Shown here piece after piece: positions 20,088 through 29,014 of a DNA stretch of 64,000 nucleotides. The notes below the pieces were generated by a model. It searched no databases, was not told where the DNA came from, and saw nothing but the letters and a program-made list of their open reading frames with translations. Position numbers and translations under genes: made by a program. Position 1 is the stretch's first letter, and each line of letters starts with the position of its first letter. The DNA comes from Candidatus Latescibacterota bacterium (lineage in GTDB: Bacteria; Latescibacterota; UBA2968; UBA8231). The stretch lies in contig CBDCXV010000010.1 of the NCBI GenBank assembly GCA_965223905.1, forward strand, positions 768,001 to 832,000, written 5' to 3'.

Positions 20088-22076
20088 TCAGTCGCGGAAC
20101 GGTGCCGGTTCGTGTCGCCCTTCCGCTGCCGGGGCGGCGCGGTTGCTGGCGCAGCAGTCATTCACCTCGGCGGCAGGCGGGGAGGAAACGACGTTCTCGT
20201 GGGAGCAACAGACCTGTTCCTCGACGGGAGGCGGGGTGTGGCCTGCATCCGCGTGGGCACAGCAGTCGCTGCCCTCCGCGGCAGGCGCCGCGTCCTCGTG
20301 GGCGCAACAGTCGCTTCCGTCGGGGGAAGCGGCGTCCCCGGCGCTTTCGGGATGGACGTACCCTCCCCCGGTAGCGAACAGCTGACCGACGAACCCGCGC
20401 GGACCCCGGCGCAGCAGTGAAGTGGCCACCATCAGGGCCAGCGCCGCCAGGGAGATCTCCTGCAGTCCGGTGGAAGAGGAGTGGGCGTGATGCAGGGGGG
20501 TTCCCGGGAGAGCCGGTCCCCAGGCGTTGACGACATGCCCTGCGAGCACGGCCAGGCAGGCGATCCCGGCCCCGAACGCCAGGGCGATCCGGCGGCCGTG
20601 CAGCTGCGTGAGAATTCCGAAGGTGGTGACGTTCGTCGCCGGGCCGGTGAGCAGGAAGGCGAGCGCCGCCCCGGGGGATACGCCCTTGTAGATCAGGATC
20701 GCAACCAGAGGGGTGGCCCCGGAGGCGCACACGTACACCGGCATGCCGAGCAGGGCGAACAGCTCCACCTGGCCGAATCCGGCCGGCAGCAAGTCGACCC
20801 AGGCGGAATGGCTGGGCTCGACGACCGCGGCCAGTGCGAGACCGACCAGGATCCAGGGGGCGGTGGTGTCGACGACGTCGCGGAAACTCTCCCGGAACCT
20901 CGACAGACGCTCGCCGGCGCCGGGTGCCGCCGGGGCCGGGGCCGCAGCAGGGACGGCTCTCGGGGCGACGAAACGGCCGAGCAGCCAGCCGATCGCCAGC
21001 GCCACGAAGCCGGCCGCGGCCACTCTCGCAACGGTCATCTCTCCCCCGAGAAGGGGCAGTGATATCAGCAGGGCGTCGAGGCTGAGCTCGGGAGTCGCAA
21101 CGAGAAAGGCCATCCCCGCGGTGGCCGGGACCCCCTGCATGACGAGGCTGCGATACACCGGCACCACCCCGCAGGAACAGATCGGCAACGGCAGGCCGAA
21201 CCCCATCCCGCGAGCCGACTGCGACAGCGGCGAGCCGCGCCGCATCCAGTTGACGGAGGCCGGCGGCAGCAGGGCGTACACCAGGGCCGCGGCGACGTAG
21301 GCGAGCACCAGGGCAGGCGCACTCTGCAACCCCAAAGTGACGAAGACCTCCAATCCCCGGGACACCGCCGCGTCGAAATCATGGTATCCGCCGATGAGGG
21401 CCAGCAGGGCGATACCGGCGAGGCCTCCGAGACCGGCCCCCAGGCGAGCCTTCCGCGACGACTCGCCGCGGTTCGCAGGATGCGACCGCCGGAACAGGAG
21501 GTACAGCAGCGAGCCTGCTGCCGCGGCCTGGAAGATCCCCCACCCCCGGTTCTGCAGGAGCGCGGCGGCATCGCCGAAAGCAAGACCCCCCGCTGCCGCC
21601 GAGGCCGTGATCGCGAGCGCACCGAGGGCCCATCCCATGCCGTACCTCGGCCGCAGCAGAAACCAGATCGCCAAACCGACCGGCAGGCGGTGGAGAATCA
21701 CGGCCACCACCTGCGTCTGCGGGGAATTCGAGGAAACCGGCGCCGTCCCGCCGGCGAAGGCGTGCAGGATCAGCGCCGCCAGTCCGAGAAACAGGGCCGC
21801 GGCACGAGCCGGGCGGGCGAAACCGCTCAGCCTGCGCCCAATCAGCGGCGCTACGACGAGACCGGCGAGGATCGCGGCCGCGGCGGTCCAGCCGGCCAGG
21901 GAGATGCTGCCTGGAATGACGTGGAGAAGCACCAGACCGCCGACGGCGACGACGGCGAACCCGTCGAGGGCGGCCAGCAGCGAACGAGCCCCGCGAGCGA
22001 GCTGGTACAGCAGCGGGCCCGCGGCGACGGCGATCAGACCGGTAAACAGGAGCACGTGGATGGATTGGTTCTGCAA
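20088..22076 (-). CDS. Metal permease: ZIP-like N-terminal region fused to an ArsP/DUF318 permease, with a Cys/His-rich tail
   Basis: VILHRLPVGL; PLPICSCGVVP, YVCASGATP, FLLTGPATN; four CC-containing repeats at the C-terminus. Confidence 0.8.
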   Translation of the reverse strand: MQNQSIHVLLFTGLIAVAAGPLLYQLARGARSLLAALDGFAVVAVGGLVLLHVIPGSISLAGWTAAAAILAGLVVAPLIGRRLSGFARPARAAALFLGLAALILHAFAGGTAPVSSNSPQTQVVAVILHRLPVGLAIWFLLRPRYGMGWALGALAITASAAAGGLAFGDAAALLQNRGWGIFQAAAAGSLLYLLFRRSHPANRGESSRKARLGAGLGGLAGIALLALIGGYHDFDAAVSRGLEVFVTLGLQSAPALVLAYVAAALVYALLPPASVNWMRRGSPLSQSARGMGFGLPLPICSCGVVPVYRSLVMQGVPATAGMAFLVATPELSLDALLISLPLLGGEMTVARVAAAGFVALAIGWLLGRFVAPRAVPAAAPAPAAPGAGERLSRFRESFRDVVDTTAPWILVGLALAAVVEPSHSAWVDLLPAGFGQVELFALLGMPVYVCASGATPLVAILIYKGVSPGAALAFLLTGPATNVTTFGILTQLHGRRIALAFGAGIACLAVLAGHVVNAWGPALPGTPLHHAHSSSTGLQEISLAALALMVATSLLRRGPRGFVGQLFATGGGYVHPESAGDAASPDGSDCCAHEDAAPAAEGSDCCAHADAGHTPPPVEEQVCCSHENVVSSPPAAEVNDCCASNRAAPAAEGRHEPAPFRD

Positions 22077-22370
22077 CTCGAAAACCTTGGACGGGATTGG
22101 TCAGATGCGTGGAATATGGCGCTCGGCCGCGCCGGCCCGCCACCGCGGTGCCCCCGGTTCCGGCAGGCAACCCCAGGAAAGCACGGAATCGGATCCGCCC
22201 GAAATGCCGGAGACCCGTGCTCCACACCGACGGTTGACGTGGTTAATGTACTTGTCCACCCACTGGCCTGCCATTGGGGGATTTGCCGGGCCGGAAAAGG
22301 GAGTGTTATCATCATTGCCTCCCCGGTACTCCCCCACCTCGGCCATTTTCCAACCTTCCCAGGACCTGTC

Positions 22371-23696
22371 GTGAAAACGGAACGCCTCGCCGGCTGGGGC
22401 AATCACCCCGTCATCGCGGGAAAGAGAAGGAAGGCGCGCGCCCTGCGGGACCTGGTGCGTTTCGCACGCGGTGCCGAACCGGTGCTGCCGCAGGGAAACT
22501 GCCGCAGCTACGGCGATGCCTGCCTGTTCCCCTCCGTGGTATCGACGCTGGGCCTGGACCGCCTGCTGTCGTTCGACCCGGAGACGGGGGTGTTGCGCGC
22601 CGAGGCCGGGGCCACTCTTGAAAAGATCATCCGCTTCTCCCTGCCCCTCGGCTGGTTTCTCCCGGTGACACCCGGGACCAAGTTCCCCACCCTCGGCGGC
22701 TGCATCGCCGCGGACATCCACGGCAAGAACCACCATCGCGACGGCTGCCTGAGCAACTTCGTCGACGAGCTCGACATGGTTATCCCCGACGGCTCCGTCA
22801 TTCGCTGCTCCCGCCACGACCACCCCGGGCTCTTCCGGGCCACCTTCGGCGGCATGGGCCTCACTGGGTTCGTGTACTCCGCGGCCCTGCGCCTGCGCAA
22901 GGTCTCCAACTCCTTCCTGCGCACGCGCACGGTCAGGACCGGCAATCTCGCCGAGTCCTGCCGGGTTCTGGTCGACACCCAGGAGGAGTTCCTCTACTCG
23001 GTCGCCTGGATCGACTGCCTCTCCCGGAACCCGGGGCGCGGTCTCGTCTCCCTCGGCAGGCACGCGGCCGCGGACGAGGTGAGGGGAAATCCGCATGCTC
23101 TCCACCGGCCGCAGCGTTTCGACCTGCCGCTGCCGCTGCCCGGTCCCTTCGTCAACCGGCTGACCGCGCGGCTGTTCAACGCCGCGTACTACCGCCGGCA
23201 ATGGCGCCGTCAGGCCGACTCCCTGACCCATTACGACCCCTTCTTCTACCCGCTCGACGCCGTCGGCAACTGGAACCGGGCTTATGGCCGCCGCGGGTTT
23301 CTGCAGTACCAGTTCGCCGTCCCGTTCGCTGACGGCGAGGGGGTGATCGAAGAGTTCATCGCGCGCCTCGGAAGCGGCGGGCACCTCACCACACTGGCCG
23401 TGCTCAAGACCTTCGGCCCCGAGGGGATGGGGCCGCTCTCCTTTCCCCTGCCCGGGTTCACTCTCGCCCTCGACCTGCCGGTCGGAGACGGCGGCGCAAT
23501 CGCGGCACTGAGGGAGCTCACAGCCCTGGTGACAGAGGCCGGGGGAAGGGTCTACCTCGCCAAGGACGCCGTCCTCGAACCGGAGCAGTTCCGCCGCATG
23601 TACCCGCGGCTCGACGAGTTCCGGGGCATCAAGCAGCAGTACGATCCGCAATGCCGGCTGCGCTCGCTGCAGTCGGACCGCCTGGGACTGACGTGA
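22371..23696 (+). CDS. DprE1-like FAD-binding oxidoreductase
   Basis: LAGWG, RSYGD, PVTPGTKFPTLGGCIAADIHGKNHH, GGMGLTG, GGRVYLAKD, SLQSDRLGL. Confidence 0.88.
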   Translation: MKTERLAGWGNHPVIAGKRRKARALRDLVRFARGAEPVLPQGNCRSYGDACLFPSVVSTLGLDRLLSFDPETGVLRAEAGATLEKIIRFSLPLGWFLPVTPGTKFPTLGGCIAADIHGKNHHRDGCLSNFVDELDMVIPDGSVIRCSRHDHPGLFRATFGGMGLTGFVYSAALRLRKVSNSFLRTRTVRTGNLAESCRVLVDTQEEFLYSVAWIDCLSRNPGRGLVSLGRHAAADEVRGNPHALHRPQRFDLPLPLPGPFVNRLTARLFNAAYYRRQWRRQADSLTHYDPFFYPLDAVGNWNRAYGRRGFLQYQFAVPFADGEGVIEEFIARLGSGGHLTTLAVLKTFGPEGMGPLSFPLPGFTLALDLPVGDGGAIAALRELTALVTEAGGRVYLAKDAVLEPEQFRRMYPRLDEFRGIKQQYDPQCRLRSLQSDRLGLT

Positions 23697-24430
23697 AGCG
23701 GGCCCTCGTACTCGGCGCGCGCTCCGAGATCGCCCAGGCCCTCGCCCGGCGCCTGGCCGCGCAAGGCTGGGGGCTCGTGCTGGCGGCGCGGCGCGTCGAG
23801 GAGCTCAGGCCCCTGGCCAGCGATCTCGAGCTGACCCTGAACTGCGAGGCGACCCTGCTCGAGTTCGACGCCCTCCAGTTCACGCAGCTTCCCCGTCTCG
23901 CCGCGCGGGTTCAGAAAGCGGCCGGGGAATTCGAGCTCGTCCTGCTCGTGTTCGGCTACATGGGAGACCAGGAGCAGGTGCGCCGCGACCCCGGGGAGAT
24001 GGTGCGCACCCTGGAGACCAACTTCACCGGGGCCGCCCTTACGCTCAGCCACCTCGCCAACTACCTCGAGGACCGGGGAAGCGGCGGGATCATCGCCGTC
24101 ACCTCGGTCGCCGGTGACCGCGGGCGCCAGTCGAACTACATGTACGGCGCCGCCAAGGGAGGCCTCGGCCTGTTCCTCCAGGGCCTGCGCAACCGCCTGC
24201 ATCGCGCCGGGGTTCACGTGCTCACCGTAAAACCGGGGTTCGTCGATACACCGATGACTGAAGGGCTGGAGGGGCTGTTTCTCGTGGCCTCTCCCGACCG
24301 CGTCGCCGGCGACATCCTGCGGGCCTGGGAGAAACGCCGCAACGTCGTCTACACCCCCTGGTTCTGGCGCTGGATCATGCTGGTGGTGCGGGTGCTGCCG
24401 GAGCGGATCTTCAAGAAGCTGTCGCTGTAG
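23693..24430 (+). CDS. DprE2-like short-chain dehydrogenase
   Basis: VLGARSEIA, SVAGDRGRQSNYMYGAAK (YxxxK), KPGFVDTPMT; GTGA overlap with the preceding gene. Confidence 0.88.
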   Translation: MKRALVLGARSEIAQALARRLAAQGWGLVLAARRVEELRPLASDLELTLNCEATLLEFDALQFTQLPRLAARVQKAAGEFELVLLVFGYMGDQEQVRRDPGEMVRTLETNFTGAALTLSHLANYLEDRGSGGIIAVTSVAGDRGRQSNYMYGAAKGGLGLFLQGLRNRLHRAGVHVLTVKPGFVDTPMTEGLEGLFLVASPDRVAGDILRAWEKRRNVVYTPWFWRWIMLVVRVLPERIFKKLSL

Positions 24431-24601
24431 GCGCTGTCCCCCTCAAATCCGGCCGCTGCCCGAGCTCTCCCGTCGCAGATGAGCAGGGGCTTCCGACAGG
24501 TCCGCCGGGGGCGGATCGGAAGCGCTCCTAGAACGGATTGGATGCTGGCCGCAGCCCGACCGGGCACCGCAGCAGCCCGAGCGGCTACGTCCTGCAGGCT
24601 C

Positions 24602-26737
24602 TCAGTCCGTGGCCCGGAGCCGCTCGCCGAGGGCAGTGTAGCGCCTGGCGACCTCGTCGTTGGAAATCGCCCTGCCCAGGGCCCTCCTGCCGCCGACGAC
24701 CACCAGCAGGGAGCGGGCGCGCGTGACCGCCGTGTACAGCAGGTTGCGCTGCAGCATCGGGTAATGCTGGGTGGTCAGGGGCAGCACGACGACAGGGAAC
24801 TCCGAACCCTGGGCGCGGTGGACGCTGACGGCGTAGGCCAGCACGATCTCGTCGAGAGAGTTGGCCCCGTACTCGCATGAAACCCCGCTGTCGAAACGCA
24901 CCCGGATCGAGCCTTCCTCGGCGTCGAAAGCGAGTATGCGCCCGAGGTCGCCGTTGAAGACGGCGCGCTCGTAGTTGTTGCGGACCTGCAGAACCTTGTC
25001 GCCGACGCGCAGCTCCCGTTCCCCTTTCCGGCAGACCCTGCCGTCCGGGTTGAGCCGCTGCTGCAGCAGGCGGTTGAGGTTGATGGCCCCGGTCTCCCCC
25101 CGGTACATCGGGGTCAGCACCTGGATGTCGCCGACCGGGTCGTAGTCGCCGTGGGCAGGCAGGCGGCGTCCCACGAGATCGGAGATCGTGGCCGCGGCCT
25201 CCGGGGGATCCTCCTCCTCGACGAAGAAGAAGTCGCCGTCGCGGCTGTTGCTCAGCTCCGGCCAGTCGCCGGCGTTGATGCGGTGGGCGTTGACGACGAT
25301 GCGGCTGCGGCGCTCCTGCCGGTGAATCTCGGTCAGCCGCGCAACCGGTAAGCGCCGGGAGGAGATGACGTCCCCCATGACGTTGCCCGGGCCCACGGAC
25401 GGCAGCTGGTCCGCGTCGCCGACCAGCAGCAGGCGGACATGCGGCGACAGGGCGCGCAGCAGGGCGTGCATCAGCGGGATGTCGATCATCGAGGCTTCGT
25501 CGACGATAACGGCATCGGCTTCGACCGGGTCGTGCCGGCCGCGGCGGAACCTGCCTTCCGCGGGCATGAACTCCAGCAGCCGGTGGATGGTCTTCGCCTC
25601 GCGGCCGGTCGCCTCGGCGAGCCGCTTGGCCGCCCGCCCCGTGGGGGAACAGAGGGCGACCCGCAGGCCCGCTTGCTCGAAGTGGCGGAGGATCACCTGC
25701 GTAACCGTCGTCTTCCCGGTCCCGGGGCCGCCGGTCAGGACCATCACCTTTTCCCGCAGTGCCGTTTCGACCGCCCTGCGCTGACTGGCGCTGAGATCCA
25801 GCTCGGTCGCAGGGTCTTCGCCGAACTCCGCCTCGGCACCTTGGGTTCGCAGCAGCCGTTCCAGGGCCGCGGCGACCTTCACCTCCGCGTGGTAGAGATA
25901 TGGCAGGAAGCAGCGCTCCTGGTCGCGGACGATCTGGCGGTCGTCGTCCAGGGCCTCCAGGGCCGCGGGAAACAGCTCGGCGCCGACCTGCAGAAGCTCG
26001 CTCCCCTTCTCGACGACCTCGGCCTGCGGCAGGAACACGTGCCCCTCCCCGGCCGCGGATTCCAGGAGGTAGCGGATTCCCGCCTGTATCCTCTGCGGTG
26101 CGTCGCCCGCGATCCCCAGCTGCGAGGCGACGGCGTCTGCGGTCACGAAACCGATCCCGTCGATGTCACGCTGCAGCCTGTAGGGGTTCTCGCTCACCTT
26201 CGCGATCGCCTCCTGCTCGTACTTCTGGAAAATCTTCACCGCGGCCGCGGACCCGACACCGTGCGACTGCAGAAAGACCATGGTGTCCCTCATCCGGCGC
26301 TGCCCCGCCCAGGCCCGCGCCAGCATCCCCGCCCGCTTGCGGCCCAGCCCCGGTACCTCGAGCAGGCGCCGGGGATTCTCCTCGAGCACCTTGAGGGTGT
26401 CCCCGCCAAATTGGGCGACGATGCGCTCGGCGAACTTCTTCCCCACCCCCTTTACCAGTCCCGACCCGAGAAACCGCCGGATCCCCTCCTCGGTGGTGGG
26501 AAAGACCGCCCGGCAGGACTCGAGCTTGAGCTGCCTGCCGTACTTGGGATGGTCTTCCCAGGTGCCCGTGACCTCGACGGTCTGTCCCTCAGCAACAGTA
26601 GTCATGACCCCGACCACCGTAATCCCCTCGGATGGCCGTTCCCCTTTTTCTGGCTCCGGCTCGATCTGGGCGATCGTGTAGCCGTTGTCGGGATTGTGGA
26701 AGGTCAGGCGGCGGACCAGGCCGGTCACGGTGTGCAT
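24602..26737 (-). CDS. recD2: ATP-dependent RecD2-like DNA helicase
   Basis: HhH region (GVGKK, PGLG), TGGPGTGKT, DEASM, VGDADQLPSVG, YAVSVHRAQGSE, LYTAVTRA. Confidence 0.93.
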   Translation of the reverse strand: MHTVTGLVRRLTFHNPDNGYTIAQIEPEPEKGERPSEGITVVGVMTTVAEGQTVEVTGTWEDHPKYGRQLKLESCRAVFPTTEEGIRRFLGSGLVKGVGKKFAERIVAQFGGDTLKVLEENPRRLLEVPGLGRKRAGMLARAWAGQRRMRDTMVFLQSHGVGSAAAVKIFQKYEQEAIAKVSENPYRLQRDIDGIGFVTADAVASQLGIAGDAPQRIQAGIRYLLESAAGEGHVFLPQAEVVEKGSELLQVGAELFPAALEALDDDRQIVRDQERCFLPYLYHAEVKVAAALERLLRTQGAEAEFGEDPATELDLSASQRRAVETALREKVMVLTGGPGTGKTTVTQVILRHFEQAGLRVALCSPTGRAAKRLAEATGREAKTIHRLLEFMPAEGRFRRGRHDPVEADAVIVDEASMIDIPLMHALLRALSPHVRLLLVGDADQLPSVGPGNVMGDVISSRRLPVARLTEIHRQERRSRIVVNAHRINAGDWPELSNSRDGDFFFVEEEDPPEAAATISDLVGRRLPAHGDYDPVGDIQVLTPMYRGETGAINLNRLLQQRLNPDGRVCRKGERELRVGDKVLQVRNNYERAVFNGDLGRILAFDAEEGSIRVRFDSGVSCEYGANSLDEIVLAYAVSVHRAQGSEFPVVVLPLTTQHYPMLQRNLLYTAVTRARSLLVVVGGRRALGRAISNDEVARRYTALGERLRATD

Positions 26738-27330
26738 GGCGATCCGCGGAAATGGGGCAGGAGAAGGGCGGGCACCAGGGCTCCGAGCAGGATCCCCGCA
26801 AACAGCTGCGGGACCGTGTGCGCCCCGAGCCGCAGCCGCGCCCAGGCGACGAGGGGAGGGACGGCCAGCAGGGCCCACTGTCCGGCGCCGCCCACCGTCA
26901 CGAGTACGAACACCCCCGCGGCGACCCCGACCGAGTGAATGCTGATCTTCCAGAAGCGGTCGATCACCCGGACAGCGGCCGCGGCCAGGGTTATGGAGGC
27001 GGCGCTCCAGGTCATGGTCCAGGCCGCATCCACGGCCGAGAGAACCAGGAAACCAGTCAGGTAGCAGACTGTTCCCATCAGGAGGATGCGCTGCCTGAGG
27101 ACCGGCTCCGGGTCGTACGCGTCCTCGAGGCCGCGCCGGCGCAGCAGCACCATGACGGCGCAGGGAAGCAGGGTGAACAGGGCGAGGGCGATCCCCAGGG
27201 CCTTCCAGTCGGTCTCGCCTGGACGCAGGATCCCCAGTCCGGCGAACACCCAGACGGCCATGGCCGCCGGACTGAACAGGTGCGACAGAACCCTGGCGAA
27301 CCTGTGCTGCCAGTCGGGGGCTCCGGTCAT
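26725..27330 (-). CDS. PAP2-superfamily membrane protein
   Basis: KISIH and WARLRLGAHT motifs; ~6 TM segments. Confidence 0.7.
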   Translation of the reverse strand: MTGAPDWQHRFARVLSHLFSPAAMAVWVFAGLGILRPGETDWKALGIALALFTLLPCAVMVLLRRRGLEDAYDPEPVLRQRILLMGTVCYLTGFLVLSAVDAAWTMTWSAASITLAAAAVRVIDRFWKISIHSVGVAAGVFVLVTVGGAGQWALLAVPPLVAWARLRLGAHTVPQLFAGILLGALVPALLLPHFRGSPCTP

Positions 27331-27572
27331 GTCTTCCGGACCGGGCACCGGTTTCCTATCCAGAGGGGAAATGGTGGCAAGGGAGTGTCAGGGCCCGCCG
27401 TCGATGAGCGGGAGAACCGGGGACCGCGGGCAGCGGTCGGCGCCGCAAGCGATGCATCGGCGAAGAGACGCGGTTCCTCCCCCTCGTTTTTTAACTTGCC
27501 GCTCGCGGCCGGCGCTCTGAAGTATTCCAGACAATCAGCAGTTCGCAGGCGCCTCGGAATTACAGATCCGCC

Positions 27573-27595
27573 TTTGGCGGATCTGCCGGTATCTC
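27573..27595. terminator. 10-bp perfect hairpin downstream of the PqqD gene (possible terminator)
   Basis: CAGATCCGCC-TTT-GGCGGATCTG; U-tract weak. Confidence 0.45.
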
Positions 27596-27618
27596 CGACA
27601 GGTTCTCCTGCTCGCTTC

Positions 27619-28056
27619 TCACTTATCCCACTTCTTGCCGCTCGAATTTGCCTTGGAATACTTCGGCTTCCGCTCGGAGCTCTCCGCCCCATCGAGGACG
27701 AAGCCGACGAAACGCTTCTGCCCCAGCGTCTTCAGGTACTGCAGCAGCGACACCTCCGCCTCCTTGCGGTCGAGCTTGTACTTGACGCGCAGCTCCTCGA
27801 TCATCTGCCCGACCGAGGTGCGGCCGTTGCACATCTGCCAGATCTCGGTGCCGACTTCGTCGAGAGTGATGGTGCGCTTCCTGGGGACGTAGAACAGCTT
27901 GGAAAGCAGCCGCACCTTCCAGGAGTCGATGCGGGTGACGGTTATGCGGGCCTCGCCGCTTTCCGTCTTATCCCACTGGAGCAGGTCGTTACGCGCCGGA
28001 CGCGAGTTGAGCATCGCCTCGCGCGTCAGCTTCGGTTTCTTGCGGGTGGCAAACAT
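27619..28056 (-). CDS. PqqD family (RiPP recognition element-like) protein
   Basis: ITLDEVGTEIWQMCNGRTSVGQMIEEL...EAEVSLLQYLKTLGQKRFV. Confidence 0.85.
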   Translation of the reverse strand: MFATRKKPKLTREAMLNSRPARNDLLQWDKTESGEARITVTRIDSWKVRLLSKLFYVPRKRTITLDEVGTEIWQMCNGRTSVGQMIEELRVKYKLDRKEAEVSLLQYLKTLGQKRFVGFVLDGAESSERKPKYSKANSSGKKWDK

Positions 28057-28993
28057 AGACGGCGCTCAGGCGGTCGGTGAGGTCGTCGCGCTCCTTTACC
28101 CTCTTGTAAAGGTGTTCGACGACGCAGATGCGGTTCCCCTCCTCGCAGTGCCAGACGAGGGCGTCGAGGTGCTGGCGGGGGCGCGGGTTGAGCAGCGGCA
28201 GGGGCCGCAGCAGTTGGCGCCAACGGCTGCGCGGCCGCCCGGTCACCCGCAGTCCCTGGTGATCCCCCACCCCGGCCTCGGCGACGTCGTAGTTGAAATC
28301 GCGCAGCTGCTTGCGGAAGAAGTTGGGGTACCACTCCTCGAGGGTCGTCGCCTTGAGCAGCATCTGCGCCATGCTGAGGCGCTGAACCCGGCAGCTTTGG
28401 TTCTTCCTCTCGAAGGTCATCTGGATGTTGCCGGACTTGAGCTCGTGCTTGGAGAGGGCGAACTCCTCGGGCACGCAGAAGGACATGCCGTAGACGCTCC
28501 AGTAGCGCATCCTGTCGTCCCTGTGGCAGACGACGGAGCGGAAGACCCGGTCGGCGAGCTCTTCGAGGTTCTCCGTGAGCCGGGCGAGGACGCGCAGCAG
28601 CAGGATGCGCCCGCAGTCGGGACAGGCGCGCGCCAGGTTGTAGGCGAGGTAGTCGGCGCGCCAGGTAAAGGCCTCGTACTCCGCCCCCTCGAGCCAGCGC
28701 TTGTCGCGCAGGAACTTTGCCTGCCTCGTCACCGAGAAGGGAGTGTCCGCCTTCTCCGCTTTCTTCGCCAGCTTGTCGAGGTAGCGCTCTACGAGGTCGG
28801 GGACCGGCATTCTTCGCCCCCGGTCCGGCGTCTCCCGCCATTCGACTTCGGCGCGGACGATCTCGGCGTCGTCGAGACGGGCGTAGCCGCTCTTCGCGTC
28901 GCCGTCGACCTTGCCCAGGTTCCAGTCATCCGGCACGCGCAGACAGATCCCCTGCCATCCGAAGTCCGCCCAATCGACTCCACGGTCAGCCAT
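27989..28993 (-). CDS. Hypothetical soluble protein of the M28-FtsX/OPT/PqqD operon
   Basis: 334-aa ORF with typical codon use; FGWQGICLRVPDDW and WSVYGMSFCVPEEF suggest a two-fold internal repeat; CPDCGR motif. Confidence 0.7.
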   Translation of the reverse strand: MADRGVDWADFGWQGICLRVPDDWNLGKVDGDAKSGYARLDDAEIVRAEVEWRETPDRGRRMPVPDLVERYLDKLAKKAEKADTPFSVTRQAKFLRDKRWLEGAEYEAFTWRADYLAYNLARACPDCGRILLLRVLARLTENLEELADRVFRSVVCHRDDRMRYWSVYGMSFCVPEEFALSKHELKSGNIQMTFERKNQSCRVQRLSMAQMLLKATTLEEWYPNFFRKQLRDFNYDVAEAGVGDHQGLRVTGRPRSRWRQLLRPLPLLNPRPRQHLDALVWHCEEGNRICVVEHLYKRVKERDDLTDRLSAVYVCHPQETEADARGDAQLASGA

Positions 28994-29014
28994 TTGCAAC
29001 GCACCTGTGGCGAA

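Noticed and set aside
20100-20340. Short repeated DNA units as a possible CRISPR array
   Set aside because: Degenerate in-frame coding repeats of the permease tail; no spacer structure and no cas genes.
21381-22370. N-terminal extension of the DprE1-like ORF
   Set aside because: Overlaps the permease on the opposite strand; homology starts at GTG 22371.
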